The position numbers and the translations under genes are program-made. This document shows, piece by piece, positions 13,889 through 27,500 of a stretch of DNA of 64,000 nucleotides (position 1 is its first letter; the number at the start of each line of letters is the position of its first letter). Origin of the DNA: Octopus vulgaris (Eukaryota). Below the pieces are notes generated by a model. It did not search any database, had not been told where the DNA came from, and saw only the letters and a list, made by a program, of their open reading frames with translations. The stretch lies in contig OX597826.1 of the NCBI GenBank assembly GCA_951406725.2, positions 31,992,001 to 32,056,000 of the forward strand, in the 5' to 3' direction.

Positions 13889-14061
13889 CATTGAAAATAC
13901 CTTAGGAATGAGAACCCACGTTTGAAATTTCCCCAAGACACCTGATGAAGGCTGGAGGGTATATCAGACAAAACGTTGTGTTAACAACAAACAGGATGAG
14001 GAGAAATAGCTATCAAATGTAAATAATGTACATAATTCCTCATCTCTTAAATATAGAACTG
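13733..14061 (+). mobile_element. tRNA-head + (AAT)n + hammerhead-bearing tail: retrozyme/Penelope-dependent SINE-like element
   Basis: A-box-like tggtgttgtgg at 13739-13749, B-box-like gagtttgattc at 13778-13788, (AAT)n to ~13884, hammerhead-like fold at 13938-13981. Preceded by an inverted partial copy (TTA)n-ttcaggtc. Confidence 0.6.
13938..13981 (+). ncRNA. Degenerate minimal type I hammerhead ribozyme
   Basis: ACAC-CTGATGA-a-GGCTG(gagggtatat)CAGaC-aAAA-CG-TT-GTGT. Stem I is ACAC/GTGT, with palindromic AACGTT. G12 of GAAA is replaced by A. Confidence 0.65.
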
Positions 14062-15193
14062 CAAAATTTTCTCTGATTCTAATTGCACAGAACAAATGAC
14101 AGAGGATCAGTAACTGGAAAAATGTCGACAAAAATTAATAACGTTAGTAGTGATTGAGTTAGTTTGTTAGTAGAAATATTAATCAGACATGATCAATATA
14201 TCACAACACAGCCAGAAGCTGCTGCTGCTGCTGCTGGAAAGTTCAATCAACAAATAATACATTCCAACAATTAAAACAATTAAAAGCTGTTAAAGTCATT
14301 ATTTACACTTAGATATCGGTTAATAGCTTTTCTTGTTAATCATTAACACCAAAACACGAGGGGGCCACTAGGTTAATAATTAATATTTTTCATCGTCGTC
14401 ATCATCATTGTTGTTATTATTATCATTAGCCTCCTCTCCCTCCTCTTCCATCTCATCATCATCATCATTATCATTATCATCATTCTCCTCACCATTGTCA
14501 ACATCATTATCATCATCGTCGTGATCATCATTGTTATCACTGTCATCGATGTTGTCATCATTGTCATCATCAACATCATCATCATTGTGGTGTGTATATG
14601 TGTGTGTGTGTGTGTGCTTGTGTATCTAATACAAACCATTTGCATTTCTTCCTGGACATCAACTAAACTATTTATTCAAAATATTTCATTATCACCAATT
14701 AATCATATAAACCTTCAGTTTTATTTCTTAATAAATTTTCTCATTATTTCTGAAATCTTTCAAATGTTTTTGCTTTATTTTAATTTTTTTTTTTTGCTTA
14801 TTTGAATTAATTTTTTTTCTACTTTTTACTTAATTTTGCTTAATTGAACCCTTTCATATCTATCTAATTTGCTTATTACAAAAAAAAGAAGTTTAATTTT
14901 CTCCTCTAATTATCAACTTCATTAAATATACCACATGGCCAACTCCATCAAGTGTGTCATTTAGTTTCAAAGGAAAATAATTATGAAAATTAATGTTTCT
15001 TGTGTTGCTTCATTAAAGAAAAAATCTATATTTCAAACGACTGTAATTATATTTATTCTTCATTTAAATTTTTCAAAGATCAATACTATCACTGATTATT
15101 TTCCATAACCATTTTAACTTTAATACATGAAAAAATTTCTCATCTGTAAATTTGAAATTAAAAAAAAATAATTCCAGTATCTCATTTTCTTTC

Positions 15194-15270
15194 ACTGTAT
15201 TTTCCAGTATACAAACCAAATTTTTTGTGACCAAAATTTGCAGTCAAAAATGGTAGGTCGACTTATACAT
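15194..15270. mobile_element. Terminal fragment of a pogo/mariner-like MITE
   Basis: actgtattttccagtatacaa...aaaatggtaggtcgacttataca resembles the ends of TA-type non-autonomous DNA transposons. Confidence 0.4.
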
Positions 15271-16570
15271 CAAGAAGACTTCAGGGGTCCAAGAAATTCC
15301 ATGGGAAACGCAGCAGGGTTTGGAAAGATTGTGAACACCATTTGAATGTTTACACTTCATGTTTACACTAAACATTATGTTGATCTGTATACCAGAAAAT
15401 ATTTGTAGTTTCTTTAAAATTAATAACAACTGTTTAAATTCTAAATTGGGGTTATTATTTAAAAACAAATTTAAGAATAAACAAGTTTAAGAAAACCTAT
15501 TGATGGGGTACTCAATACTAGGAGTAGAATCAAATCTATTATTGTAAAATTTGCATTGACTGAGATATGTTTTGCTGACAGATTATTCAATCATGTTACA
15601 AAATGAAATAAAATCTGAGAGATATAATGAAAATACTTTTTATAAATTCCCTAAAATATACATTTCAATCATAGATGCTATTTTAAATATTCTCATAATA
15701 TTATATATACCCATACACATGCATATATGTATGTATATATCACACTATGCATTGTATTATATCTTTCAATGAAGAATTAAATTATACTTACTTTGGTCTT
15801 ACAAGAGCAGAAGCAACATTGTTGCTGAACAATAGGCTAAATATACTCTAACCATATTATTTATATGATAGTGGTTACAAAAAAAAAACCTTGAGGTCAT
15901 AAGCATTTGTAAAAGAATTAGTAGCCATAAGAAACCTCAGATATTAGATTACTTAATATCCATATTTATTTTTTTAATTTCCAACTTCAATGTCAAAAAA
16001 CAGAAAAAAGAAGTAGCTATTCATTTCTTCAAATTAATCCTTAAAGCATAATTTTTAAGACACATGCACTTTCCATTACAACCATGCATTCGTTAGTACT
16101 ACTGACACTCTGGAAGCAGTTGTTGGTTAGTACATCCACAATTGGTTAGTTTACAAAGTTCAAAGCTCCTGCATTACTAAATTGGCATTACTAATTATTT
16201 TAATTATACAGTTTTTTCTAAATATCTAATTCTTCATCCAGATCATTTCTTAAGTGATTCAGTAACGAGAATTAAATTCAGAGTAATTAATTATTTGAAT
16301 TGTTACCACTGTTTAGTTTATGATTACACTAACAATTTTTTCTGAATATTAAATTCTTTATCCAACCCTATATTATTTATTTATTTATTGTATTAATTTG
16401 GTTATTTTACTGTAACATCAGGGTCAAAACTAGGAATAGGTATATTCAAGTGAAAAAGAAAAAAAAAAGATAAAATATGATACCGATTTTTTTGCACAAA
16501 AGTTGGGGTCACATTATATTTGAGATTGTTCTGTATTTGATTCCCCAAGGTAATTTTATTGCATAATTGA

Positions 16571-16788
16571 TTTCAAATTTTGGTACAAGGCCAGCAATTT
16601 CGTGGGAGTAGGTAAGTCAATTACATCGACCCCCACCCTCAGAGTTCACCTGGAACATATCTTATTGGACCCAAAAGGATGAAAGACAAGCCATCCTCGG
16701 CAGAATTTAAAGTCAGAATGTGAAGATGAATGAAATGCCACTAAGCATTTTGCCTGGTATGCTAACGATTCTGCCAGCTTGCCATCTT
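16571..16788 (-). mobile_element. Family A SINE copy
   Basis: Colinear with 3192-3402. Confidence 0.8.
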
Positions 16789-18110
16789 ATTACATGATAA
16801 TTAAAAATTGGATAATGCATGATGGGCGTAAAACTTCAAACTCTATCATCATTTCTTTAAGAATTTCACAATTGATCTTAAAATCATTCATCAGCACATA
16901 ATTTACTCTATCCATATATTTAATTGTACAAAACACACAACGTAGTCAAATTTGTTTCCATAATCTCTTAGATATTATTAGTTATTTTATTGCGAAGTTA
17001 TCATTTTTTAATACTAAACTAAACCGCATTATGTTAATTTAAACTAATATTATTGAACAGCTGGTCTGCAGTAGTTTATAATAATGATAGCTAAAACAGT
17101 TTAGGATGAGAAAGAAAAGACAAAAACATCAAAACCAGAATACAACGAAATAAATTTTACACCTTTACATAAAATTCTTGTAAAAATTTCTCTATTATCA
17201 TCCCTATTACTTTTTTGAAATGCTATAATTATTATTTTTTTTTATTCTCTATAGCAATCTTCCTCACATAAGTATTACTTTAAGTTATATTATAGAGATT
17301 ATAATATGAAATTGCTGTTGTATGATAGTTTCTTTACTTGTGCATTTATACTGCAAATTATGAGCATCAGTTTTATCTCAGGAAAATATAGAAGTTACAA
17401 CAGTATCAAACCAAGTGTTAACAGTTTTGAAAGTAAATTGCTTGATCCCAACCCTATATTTTAGGGCTCAAATTTTATCCCTTTCATTATATTTTAATTC
17501 TTTTAAAGTCTGGTAGTCTAGTTGTCAATAATTCTGATTATGGAATAAATTCTTGACAGCAAAGAAGAGGTGTAATCTAATATTTTGGAAAGAACTTTTT
17601 GACACAGAGAGAAACAATGGAGAAAGATGGCAGTTCACTTCTTGTTTTGCTTATAGGGAGGAAAAGTACCAAATTAATTTAACTGTCAGTATACTGAATT
17701 TAAATTTTGTGAAGATCAACTATACCTTTCGATCTTTTGTGGTTTTGATGGAAAAGTACTAGTTCAGGACAGAGAATTGTCCTGTTTGTTCACTGGATGA
17801 GATGCCTTACCGTGTCTCTCCTGTTTTTATTTTTGTATTTTGTATTTTATATTCAGACTGCAGTTCCTTTGATAGCACCAATATGAAGCTGTATTAGCAT
17901 TGCCTTTTCCTTGGATATTATTATTGGCATGGAGAGAAGAGGCATCACTAGCAAGGCTAGTCCTCCACAAATAAAACCTGTGCTCAATTTTACCATGTTG
18001 TAGAGTAACCTTCCAGGTGCAGAAACTTATGTTCAGCGATGACTAAATGGGGCTCTAGATATAGAATATGTATAGATTCCAAATTATATATATGTGTGTA
18101 TATATATATA

Positions 18111-18296
18111 AAAGCACCCACTACACTCTTGGAGTGGTTGGCATTAAGAAGGGCATCCAGCTGTAGACACTTTGCCAGATCAGATTGAACCTGGTGCAGC
18201 CTTCTGGCTCACCAGTCCTCAGTCAAACTGTCCAACCCATGCCAGTATGGAAAGCAGACGTTAAACGACAACGACGATGATGATGATGATGATGAT
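18111..18296 (+). mobile_element. Family D SINE/LINE 3' end with (GAT)n tail
   Basis: aaagcacccactacactc...gaagggcatccagctgtag...caacccatgccagtatggaaagcagacgttaaacga(gat)n. Repeated at 21040-21328, 25130-25505, 48525-48693 and 51960-52065. Confidence 0.8.
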
Positions 18297-18329
18297 ATAT
18301 ATATATGTAATTATATATAAAATCATATC

Positions 18330-18530
18330 ATCACCAGTTGTAGTCATGGGTTGGATGGTTCAACAAAAGCTGACAAATTAGAGGACTGCATCAAGCTCCA
18401 AAGTCTGGTTTGGCATGGTTTCCATGGCTGGATGGCCCTCCTAATGTCAAATGCTTTATAGTGTGTACTGGGTGTTTTGTACATGGAACTGGTACAGGTG
18501 AAGCCACCAAGTAACTTACAAGACAAGAAC
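18330..18530 (-). mobile_element. Family D element in inverted orientation
   Basis: catgggttggatgg...ggctggatggccctcctaatgtcaa...ctgggtgtttt is the diverged reverse complement of 18111-18250. Confidence 0.7.
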
Positions 18531-21039
18531 GCCACTCAATTGAAGTGGGGAAGCAGCATTGAAAGGGATAATTTTATGCCACATGATGAGAGAAGTGAAA
18601 GTATGATAGAGGAAAGGAACGGGTGCCTTGCTGTAGGGTGTCTACATGGATACTAAAGTTGGAAGAGAAAGACAATGGTGGTGAAGATGTATCAGGGTGT
18701 TTACCCTTGAGTTAGAGAAAGATGAACAAAAGAAGAGTAGTGTGGGTGGGTAAGTAAGTTTGATATATAGGACACATCAAACTGTTTTCACAGAAGCACG
18801 CAAATATTTAAATATGAAAACCCACATCAGTTAAAAGAGCAAGAAAGAAAATGTTATTTGATGTATTTGAGAAAAATAAAAGACATGAATTAAATTAAAT
18901 AGAGGATGAAGTTAAGAAATTAATAAACTGAAGTTAATATACCGTGCTGTTATTGTATAAGTAATTTTTAGTGATTCAAAAACAGCTAACAGATATAAGG
19001 TACCAACAGCAACTACAAACACAACACACTGTCATTAATTCATTATTATTGTCACTTAATGTATCTGTCAATATTATCAAACTTTAATTAGAGTATTTAC
19101 AGCTCTAGGAGTTAATTAATTGATTGGCTAATCATTATTATTTGTTTTCTGCTACCAGCATGATATGAAGCACTTATTTCATTTAAAGAATATGTAAACG
19201 AGATAAATTTTGGTTAATTATTAGTCTATAGACATTTTTTATATCTATCTTTTTAAAAAGCCAAAAGGTAAAATGAAAAACTGGTTTTAAAGAAAATAAG
19301 ACAAGTTATAAATATAAGGTTTTGCTTAATAATTGCAGCAGCCAGTATTGCTCTTCTAAAAAAAAAAAGTAAATAAAAAGGTTTCTGTTATTGACCATTT
19401 TTGTTTACTGGTCTTAAAACATGCAATCACTTACCAAATATATGCAATTTGAGACTAGATATAATGCTGGTACATCACTGCAGAAACAAAACATTTGGGA
19501 AATCAAATTCTAGATCACACAAACAAAAGACTTAAGAAGGAATAAATATAGATTTAAATAAATGTCAAATGAATTTAAAAACTTTCGAGAGAATGTGAAA
19601 TAATTCTTTGCTTGGAACATTGGCTTTTGGAACACATCACATAAAGCTACAAATAATTAACTATAAAAACTGGATTGGAAAAAACTGTTTCGGATAGAAA
19701 AACTCAAAGACAACTTTGGCGTTTCCACCCAAAGAGGTTTTTCAACCTAATATATGCTTGTTATTTATAGCTTTATGTTCCAAAAAAGAATTATATTTTA
19801 ATTGATTTATAGTTTATATTAAAATCATTGAAAATTTGATTGCAATAATAATAATTCTTTAATGTTTTAACATGATTGAGTTGGAACTGATAAAGAAAAG
19901 AATAAAACTCATGCCGAATTTAAAATATGCAGGTAGGAATCGAATATTTTTAAAGATGCTTTTCAATATATGTGCTAAAGTAATTCTTTGATATACAAAA
20001 AGTTTAAATAAATTTTGAAATAAAACATAAAGTTGGCAATCTTGTATATCCATACGTATACAGATATTCACATAATCACATAGATAATAATTTTTAGGAA
20101 TCAATACATATATCCACGCATATATAATATGTATGTGTGTGTGTGTGTATGTGCATGCAGTTGTGTATGTATGTATGTGTGTGCATATTAGAAGACGCAT
20201 ATCAGTGCAAAAGTGCAGGTACACATTACAGAATATCAACAATGATGGATACATTTAACATGTGAGACATACAAATATTTATGGATGAATAATGAATACA
20301 ACATAACGATGCGAAACACATACGCACAGCAACACACACAAACGTACAAATGCACAGCAATACACACACAAATGCACACACACACACAAATGTTTTAATG
20401 ATTAACAATGATTAACAATGTGTCTAGCAATGAAACAAGTAGACCTCAACATCATTGAATAAAAAAGAAGCAATATATTTAATAGCGAAAAGAAACTCTC
20501 AAGAGAACTGAAGAGCAGAAGGTCTTTAGAGAAGAAACCCTCTTCCTCGGGCAAATGTTTCAGCCCTTAACTTCTTAAACTCTTAAGGGACTAGTGCACA
20601 TCCAGGTCATGGCTCCTGGGTGCCCTTCTGCTAAGACTTTCTAGCTACTTGGATATCAGAGACTTATGCCTTTAAATGATATGGAGATTTGATCTAGTTG
20701 TCACTCCTCTCTGTTGCCTCTGCTTTCAGACTTGTATTTGAATAAGAAATAATGTGGAATCCTCACATATGGCACATGGTGTTCCCAGCAAGCTATGGAT
20801 ACCAAGTTATATGATATCCAATTGTTAATTAACATACCACCATTCTTCAAACATGGTGGTAATGGATTCACGCAACAGTTGATGAACAGTGGCATTAAAT
20901 ATTGATCATAGATTGGAATTCAGATAACTTGCCATTCCTGGATTTGCAGGGAATTCCAAGTGCTGTATGTGAGTGTTCCATGTTAGTATAATATATTAGA
21001 TTATATTAAATATAAATCTATATTAAATATATATATGAG

Positions 21040-21328
21040 TGTGATTGTTGCCAGTGCTGTCTGATTGGCTACTGTGCTGGTGGCATGTAAAAAGCACCAT
21101 TCAAACATGGTCGATGCCAGTACTGCCTGACTAGCCCTCGTGCCGGTGGCACCCACTACACTCTCGGAGTGGATGGCACTAGGGAAGGCATCCAGCTGTT
21201 GAAACCTTGCCAGATCAGATTGGGGTCCAGTGCAGCCATCTAGCTTGCCAGTCCTCAGTCAAACCATCCAACCAATGCCAGCATGGAAAGGAAACGTTAA
21301 ATGATGATGATGATGATGATGATGATGA
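21040..21328 (+). mobile_element. Family D element with internal ~60-bp tandem units
   Basis: Two ttgccagtgctg...ggtggca units precede the family D tail. Confidence 0.8.
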
Positions 21329-21894
21329 TATATATGTATATATGTGTGTATATATATTGATATATATATATATATATATATAAGAGAAAAGTTAATAGCT
21401 TATTAGTGAAGACCTAATGACGCAAATTATCCCTATTGAGTTGAAAGCTTATTTAGTTTTTTTAATGATTTCAGTCTTACTGAACTGATATACAGAACAC
21501 TAGTTGAAAATAAAGCAAGTTTTTATGATTAGGTTTTCTGTATCTCTTCTAATTATTTCATTAAATGTTAAGGCAATGAATGTAGTATGCATTTAAATAA
21601 GATAAAGTAATTAATTTTGACCTCTTAGATGGGGAGGGAAATAAAAAACCTTGTCTAAATTGTTAGTGACACTCAAGTAAAATGGGTTATAATTTTAGTA
21701 TCCTTTTCTTTCTTTTTTGCCCATGTTCAGTCCACTGAGGGACAAAGGCCTCAGCATGTTCTCTCTATCCTGTCACAGTCAAATGTAGAGACTGTGAATT
21801 TGAGCTTGAGATCATATTAGTTTGATGAGCCTACTCTGCCACTCTGGATCAACATGGCTAGGCTGAGGGATGCAGTTTTTATACTTATACACAG

Positions 21895-22052
21895 AGGTAG
21901 TTAAGTTGATAACAGGTAATTATTTTATCGACTTTGAAAGGCTGAGAGGCAAAGTCAGTCTCAGCAGAATTTGAACTCAGAATGTAAGAACAGACAAAAT
22001 ACCACTAAACACTTCACCTGGCATGCTAACGATTCTGCCAGCTCACTGCCTT
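21895..22052 (-). mobile_element. 3'-truncated family A SINE
   Basis: aggcaaagtcagtctcagcagaatttgaactcagaatg...gccagctcactgcctt. Confidence 0.8.
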
Positions 22053-22254
22053 AATTTCACTATATCAAGAATTAATCAATCCATCTATTTTTGTAACCAT
22101 GTGTAAGTCAAGGGAGGCTCTTTAGGCTTATCCTCCAGATGATCCCTTCAGAACCAGCCATCAGTAAATGTTTCAGCTGGATACCCAAGGGAGACTAACT
22201 GAGATTGTGGATATTATCGAAAATTCTCACTCTTACTTTACCCCTAAGATCCTT

Positions 22255-22450
22255 AGTGAATACAAATAGCTGAAATGGGGTTGCTTCAAAGGGTCACTGG
22301 AATAACACTACTCGATAGGGTGTATACTTTGAAGATCAAGCAGGCACTCCAGGCCAAGCCTATACTTCTTTGCATTGAGAGGTCACAGCTCTAGTACCAT
22401 TGGCATGTAGTTAAATATCTGAGGAATGAATCACAAGACAGATTTTATTG
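22255..22450 (+). mobile_element. RTE (Rex3/Expander-like) LINE fragment
   Basis: Translates IQIAEMGLLQRVTGITLLDRVYTLKIKQALQAKPILLCIERSQL*YHWHV, resembling the RTE motif IQAAEMxFLRRVxGxxLxDRV...PLLLxIERSQLRWxGH. Confidence 0.75.
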
Positions 22451-25129
22451 ATTAAAATATGTTGAACTTTACATACAAGTTTTTTTTAATGTAGTGAATA
22501 TTGTCATATAGGGTCTATAGATTTTACCATCTGTCTCATTCTGATATCCTTACACCAAAGCTGATCACTATATTTTACAATGCACAAGGTAGATTAATAA
22601 CCAATGTAATCAGACAATAAATACATGAAAAACAACACCTACACAATCATACAGTCTGCAAGTCACATACAACACCATAATCCATAAACAACAACAGCAC
22701 AGTCATACAGTCCATATATATAGATATATAAATATATGATACAACATTCATTTATACCTAATATTTTAACCCCACATCTATTTGAAATATACCAACATTA
22801 ATATATCCTTTGCTGATAAATAAGTTCTGTGCATTCCACCAATCAGTTGTAGAAAAATTTTAATTTGGAAAATATAAGTTTGACTGCCATTATGAAAACT
22901 AAACTGATATTTTGGGCAGCATCTTTCTTCTTGACTAGTGATAACCTTTGTCTTCTGAATCTGTAGAATTTTTTTAACCATTGTTCCACGCCACAGAAGT
23001 ATGCCTCATAGAACTTACACATTACTGCAAGTTTTTGAAACAAAATAAAAAGAATACAAGTATATTTAGGAAACCTGTGTTCCTCAATGCATCCCACTTG
23101 TGCATGTAATGCGTATTTCATTGCACCAAATGGCAGCATATGCACCCATCTCTGTTTTAAAACAATTCTAAGACTTGCTATGTATATATATTTATAAAGC
23201 TTTTAAAAGCTGATGGTGTGCTGGAATAATGTTTAACATTGTATTCATTGTGTCAGGGAGTGTAAGATGTGGAATATTGCTTGTTCTAACAGCAGCAAAT
23301 ATACTTAAGATTTATTATTAATGTACTTTACACATTATTCCACCGAATTTCTCATTAGAAATGCATTTTATAACAGAATATATAAGTTTATCTGATTAGT
23401 TCAGCAACTCCTGTTTGTGATTGTTGTACTCAAAGCTTCCAGCTCTGCAGAGAGTTCAAGCCATCAATAACATTGTCATCATTGATCTCAACATTAGCAT
23501 TCCAGAACAGAATGTTTAACTACTTCAACTTAATTACCAAACTATCTCAATTATGTATATATGCCTTATTAATTAAACACCATCATTCTTAGTTATTGTT
23601 TAATGTCAAAACAACTCAAGCAGATCAGGGGCATAATCAAAATCAACAGTTCCTGAACACCCTGTCTTTTGTTTATGGCTGTGATATAAGTGAGATTTAG
23701 CTGCTATTTCTTATAAGTCAAGCAAACTACATTGGCACTCTCCCACCTTTGGTTTGAATTTGTCTAAATACAGCCATAAAGTGTCTTAATTTTCAGATTT
23801 TGTAAAAACTCACCAGTGAAGTAATTTAATTCTTAATTGACACAACTTCGCAAACATTGCTTTATTTTTTAAACTCATTACTAAACTATTTCAGTAAACA
23901 TGAATGAAAACCACAACTTCCCCCCACCCTTCATCATGATGACTAAACTCATTGCTAAACAATCATCAAATCACCAAGACACTAAGATATATTATAAATA
24001 TTCATTGGAAAACCTTCAATTTCTATAAAACAGCTTTTTAAGTAACCCAGGCAAATTTCCAATCTAGGAAACATTTATTCATCACTTTGATAGGTGTGTA
24101 GCTCTTGGTAACTCTGTTTCTTTTGTATTTTGAATATCTTTAACATCTGCCTATCAGGTGGAAAAAACGATTGTCTCCTTAACCTTACACCTGAGAATAC
24201 TTTTACAGCACAAGAGCCAAAAATGGCTTTAGACACAACTATCACCGAAACATGCTAGGCTGGTCTTCCTCCTCACCTTTGTTTTCATATTTTTTTTTAA
24301 AGTTCTGTGAAGAAATAAAGTAAACAAACACTTAATTATTATATTTTTAATGATTGCCACCAATTAACAACACATTACACAACACACACATATACACATG
24401 TATATATATATATCCATGTATATGTATGTATATATATATATACACACACACAAACATACAGACACACAAATATATGTATATATATATATATATATATATA
24501 ATGTGTATACACACACACACATAACACTGACACTATAGATTATTAATACCAAAAAGAATATTCAAACATGCACATACATACACATACAGACACACACACA
24601 CACACACACATATTTCTGTATGCGTCTTCATGTATAAGTCAATAAGTACAAACAGTAAAGACACATGTATGTTTATTAACATGGTTGCGTGTATGGAAAT
24701 ATATGTTGACAAGTATGAACAGTGTGGACAGATGTATATGTGTTTATGTTGTTGCATGTGTATATCTATCATATATTGACTGTGATAATGTAATAAAACA
24801 TTGTCTTTCCATTTAAATCAATGCATATATATATATATATATGCACACACACACACACATGTATATATATAGATATATATAAAAGAGCAAAAGAATATAT
24901 ATACCAAATATATACGTTTTTATTATTAATTTGCCATTTACTTTAATCATCGGTATATTATTGTTATTTTAATTTTAATATTTCTATTACATGTAATTTT
25001 CTAGATGGTGTAATTTAATTACACAAGTATTTATCCTTTGTTATTAGATATATATATTTCATAACTAACTGTATAAACTCTAAGCTGACAGTTGTCACTG
25101 ACAGCATAAAACCAAATAAATAATTCCAC

Positions 25130-25505
25130 TGACTGGCTCCTGTGCCGGTGGTATGTAAAAAGCACCATTCAAATGTGATTGTTGCCAGCATTGCCTTACT
25201 GGCACATATGCTGGTGGCATGTGAAAAACAACATTCGAGTGTGGTTGTTGCCAATACCACCGGACTGGTTCCCATGTAGGTGGCATATATAAACACCTTT
25301 GAGTGTGGTCGTTGCCAGTGTTGCCTGACTGGCCCTCGTGCCGGTAGCACGTAAAAGAACCCATTACACTCTTGGAGTGGTTGGTGTTAGGCAGGGCATC
25401 CAGATCAGATTGGAGCCTTCTAGCTCACCAGTCCTCAGTCAAACAGTCAAACCCATGTCAGCATAGAAAGCGGATGCTAAACGACAATGGTGATGATGAT
25501 GATGA
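25130..25505 (+). mobile_element. Family D element with ~4 tandem ~65-bp units
   Basis: Repeated gactggc...ggtggca..taaaaa.cac.attcgag.gtgg..gttgcca units, then the family D tail. Confidence 0.8.
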
Positions 25506-26368
25506 TATGCAATTCCATAGTTTACGATTCTAAGAAAAACTTTTCCAAGATCAACATTGCTATGTTCTGCATCTACAATTTATTCAGCATAAAGATGAAG
25601 CAGAAACAACTAATTCCCTAAAGGAAACTTTGTTATTTTCAAGCTGTCTTTCATCTGTAAATAGATGTAAATATAAATAAAGGAGGTATTGACAACAAGA
25701 TATGTAATATTCAAAGTGAACCGATTCCTTAAACGGTAAATTTATCCCTTCAACAAATTGTAAATACATTTTATGAGAACATGACCATTGTTGAAAGCAA
25801 AGGAATATTTGAGAAATATAAAAGCTAGATTTTTATGACCATGGAAAAATAAAATGTGTGAAGAAGATTATATTTATCTTTACAACTCATATTTAAGATC
25901 TAAAAACAATATCATTCAACAGAAATATCTACTGTCTTGTATGTTTGGCTTGGAACAATATCATGTTTCAATCCATTTTGAAAAATCTTAAAACATCAGA
26001 ATTATTCATTTAAGCATGTTATTATTCTTTGAACTCAACATAAAGAACTATTAAGAAATTGTGGAAAATCGTTACTGAAAGACCCAAATTAGAATATAAT
26101 CCATGTTTATATAAATATATGTGTGTGTATTTGTGTATCTGTATTATACATATATAATGTATATATATTACACACACACATATGCTGAAGCTTCAAAGTT
26201 ATTGTCATCAGTATTATTGATAAAGAATAATAAATATGTTCTCTACAAAAAGTATTGAGTGATTCTTTAGTTTAATGTGAAACTGTTCTAATAATTTCCT
26301 ATAAAAGCAAACTTTATATATATAAATATATATATATATGTATGTATGTATGCATTTCTCTCCCCCTT

Positions 26369-26427
<59 letters not shown>

Positions 26428-26451
26428 CTCTCTCACTCTCTCTCCCTATAC

Positions 26452-26486
<35 letters not shown>

Positions 26487-27023
26487 TGTCACTCTATGGA
26501 TAATTTTTCTACAAACCCAAAAGATTCAATTCATAGAAGACTTCCAGATATTATTCATACAGCAGAAAGAGTACTAAAAGGCTTCTGTGTCCTTAGTACT
26601 GAATAACAACCTCACACACACACACACTCACGCATGCACGCACACACACATCCATCCTCTCCTTCCACATTCAAGAGGATTTATGCTTATTTGATAAAAT
26701 CATGCAACATAAAGATTTTACATTTTAAGAGCATTAGTTAAGATAGCTTAGGTGAAAGAATAGAATGAAAATAAAGGGAGAACATGATGAAGAGGATAAG
26801 AGATAGGCAGATAAGCATAAGAGTATGAGAACATGGATTCAATGAAGATGTATGTAGCTGCATAGTCAAAAACTGGTGACAGACTGTTAGATGAATGACC
26901 AAATCACAGATGAATGGAGTATGATTATGGCAGATAAATAGGTGAATACATTAAGGGTTTATTTGTTTGCTTGCTTTCTGTCTGATTTTCCATACTAGTA
27001 TGGGTTGGAGGAATTCTTATCGA

Positions 27024-27048
27024 TCTATCTATCTATCTGTATGTATGC

Positions 27049-27114
<66 letters not shown>

Positions 27115-27364
27115 GTCTATCTATCTACTTACCTACCTACCAACCTACCTACCTACCTATCTACCTACCTACCTACCAACATACATACATACATACATAC
27201 ATACATACCTACCTACCTACCTACCTACCTACCTACCTACCTACCTACCTACCTACCTATCTACTAATCTACCTACCTACTTATCTATCTATTTATCTTT
27301 CTGTCTGTCTCTCTCTATCTATCTATTTATCTATCTATCTTCCTCTCACTTTGTGTGTGTATGC

Positions 27365-27395
<31 letters not shown>

Positions 27396-27500
27396 TGTAT
27401 GTATGTATGTATGTATGTATGTATGTATGTATGTATGTATGCATGTATGTACATACATACATACATATGTATGTATAGAAGTGTGTATGTATGTATGTAT
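27024..27500. repeat. Tetranucleotide compound repeat (TCTA/CCTA/CATA/TGTA)n
   Basis: Direct reading. Confidence 0.95.

Noticed and set aside
20580-20980. Possible exon or LINE fragment
   Set aside because: Unique-looking, but no clean frame or motif could be assigned.
22778-23145. Overlapping 67/100-aa minus-strand ORFs as Pcdh cassette exons
   Set aside because: No recognisable motif and no convincing phase-1 splice pair.
25130-25365. Repeat-spacer-like array
   Set aside because: Whole units are homologous tandem repeats inside a SINE.
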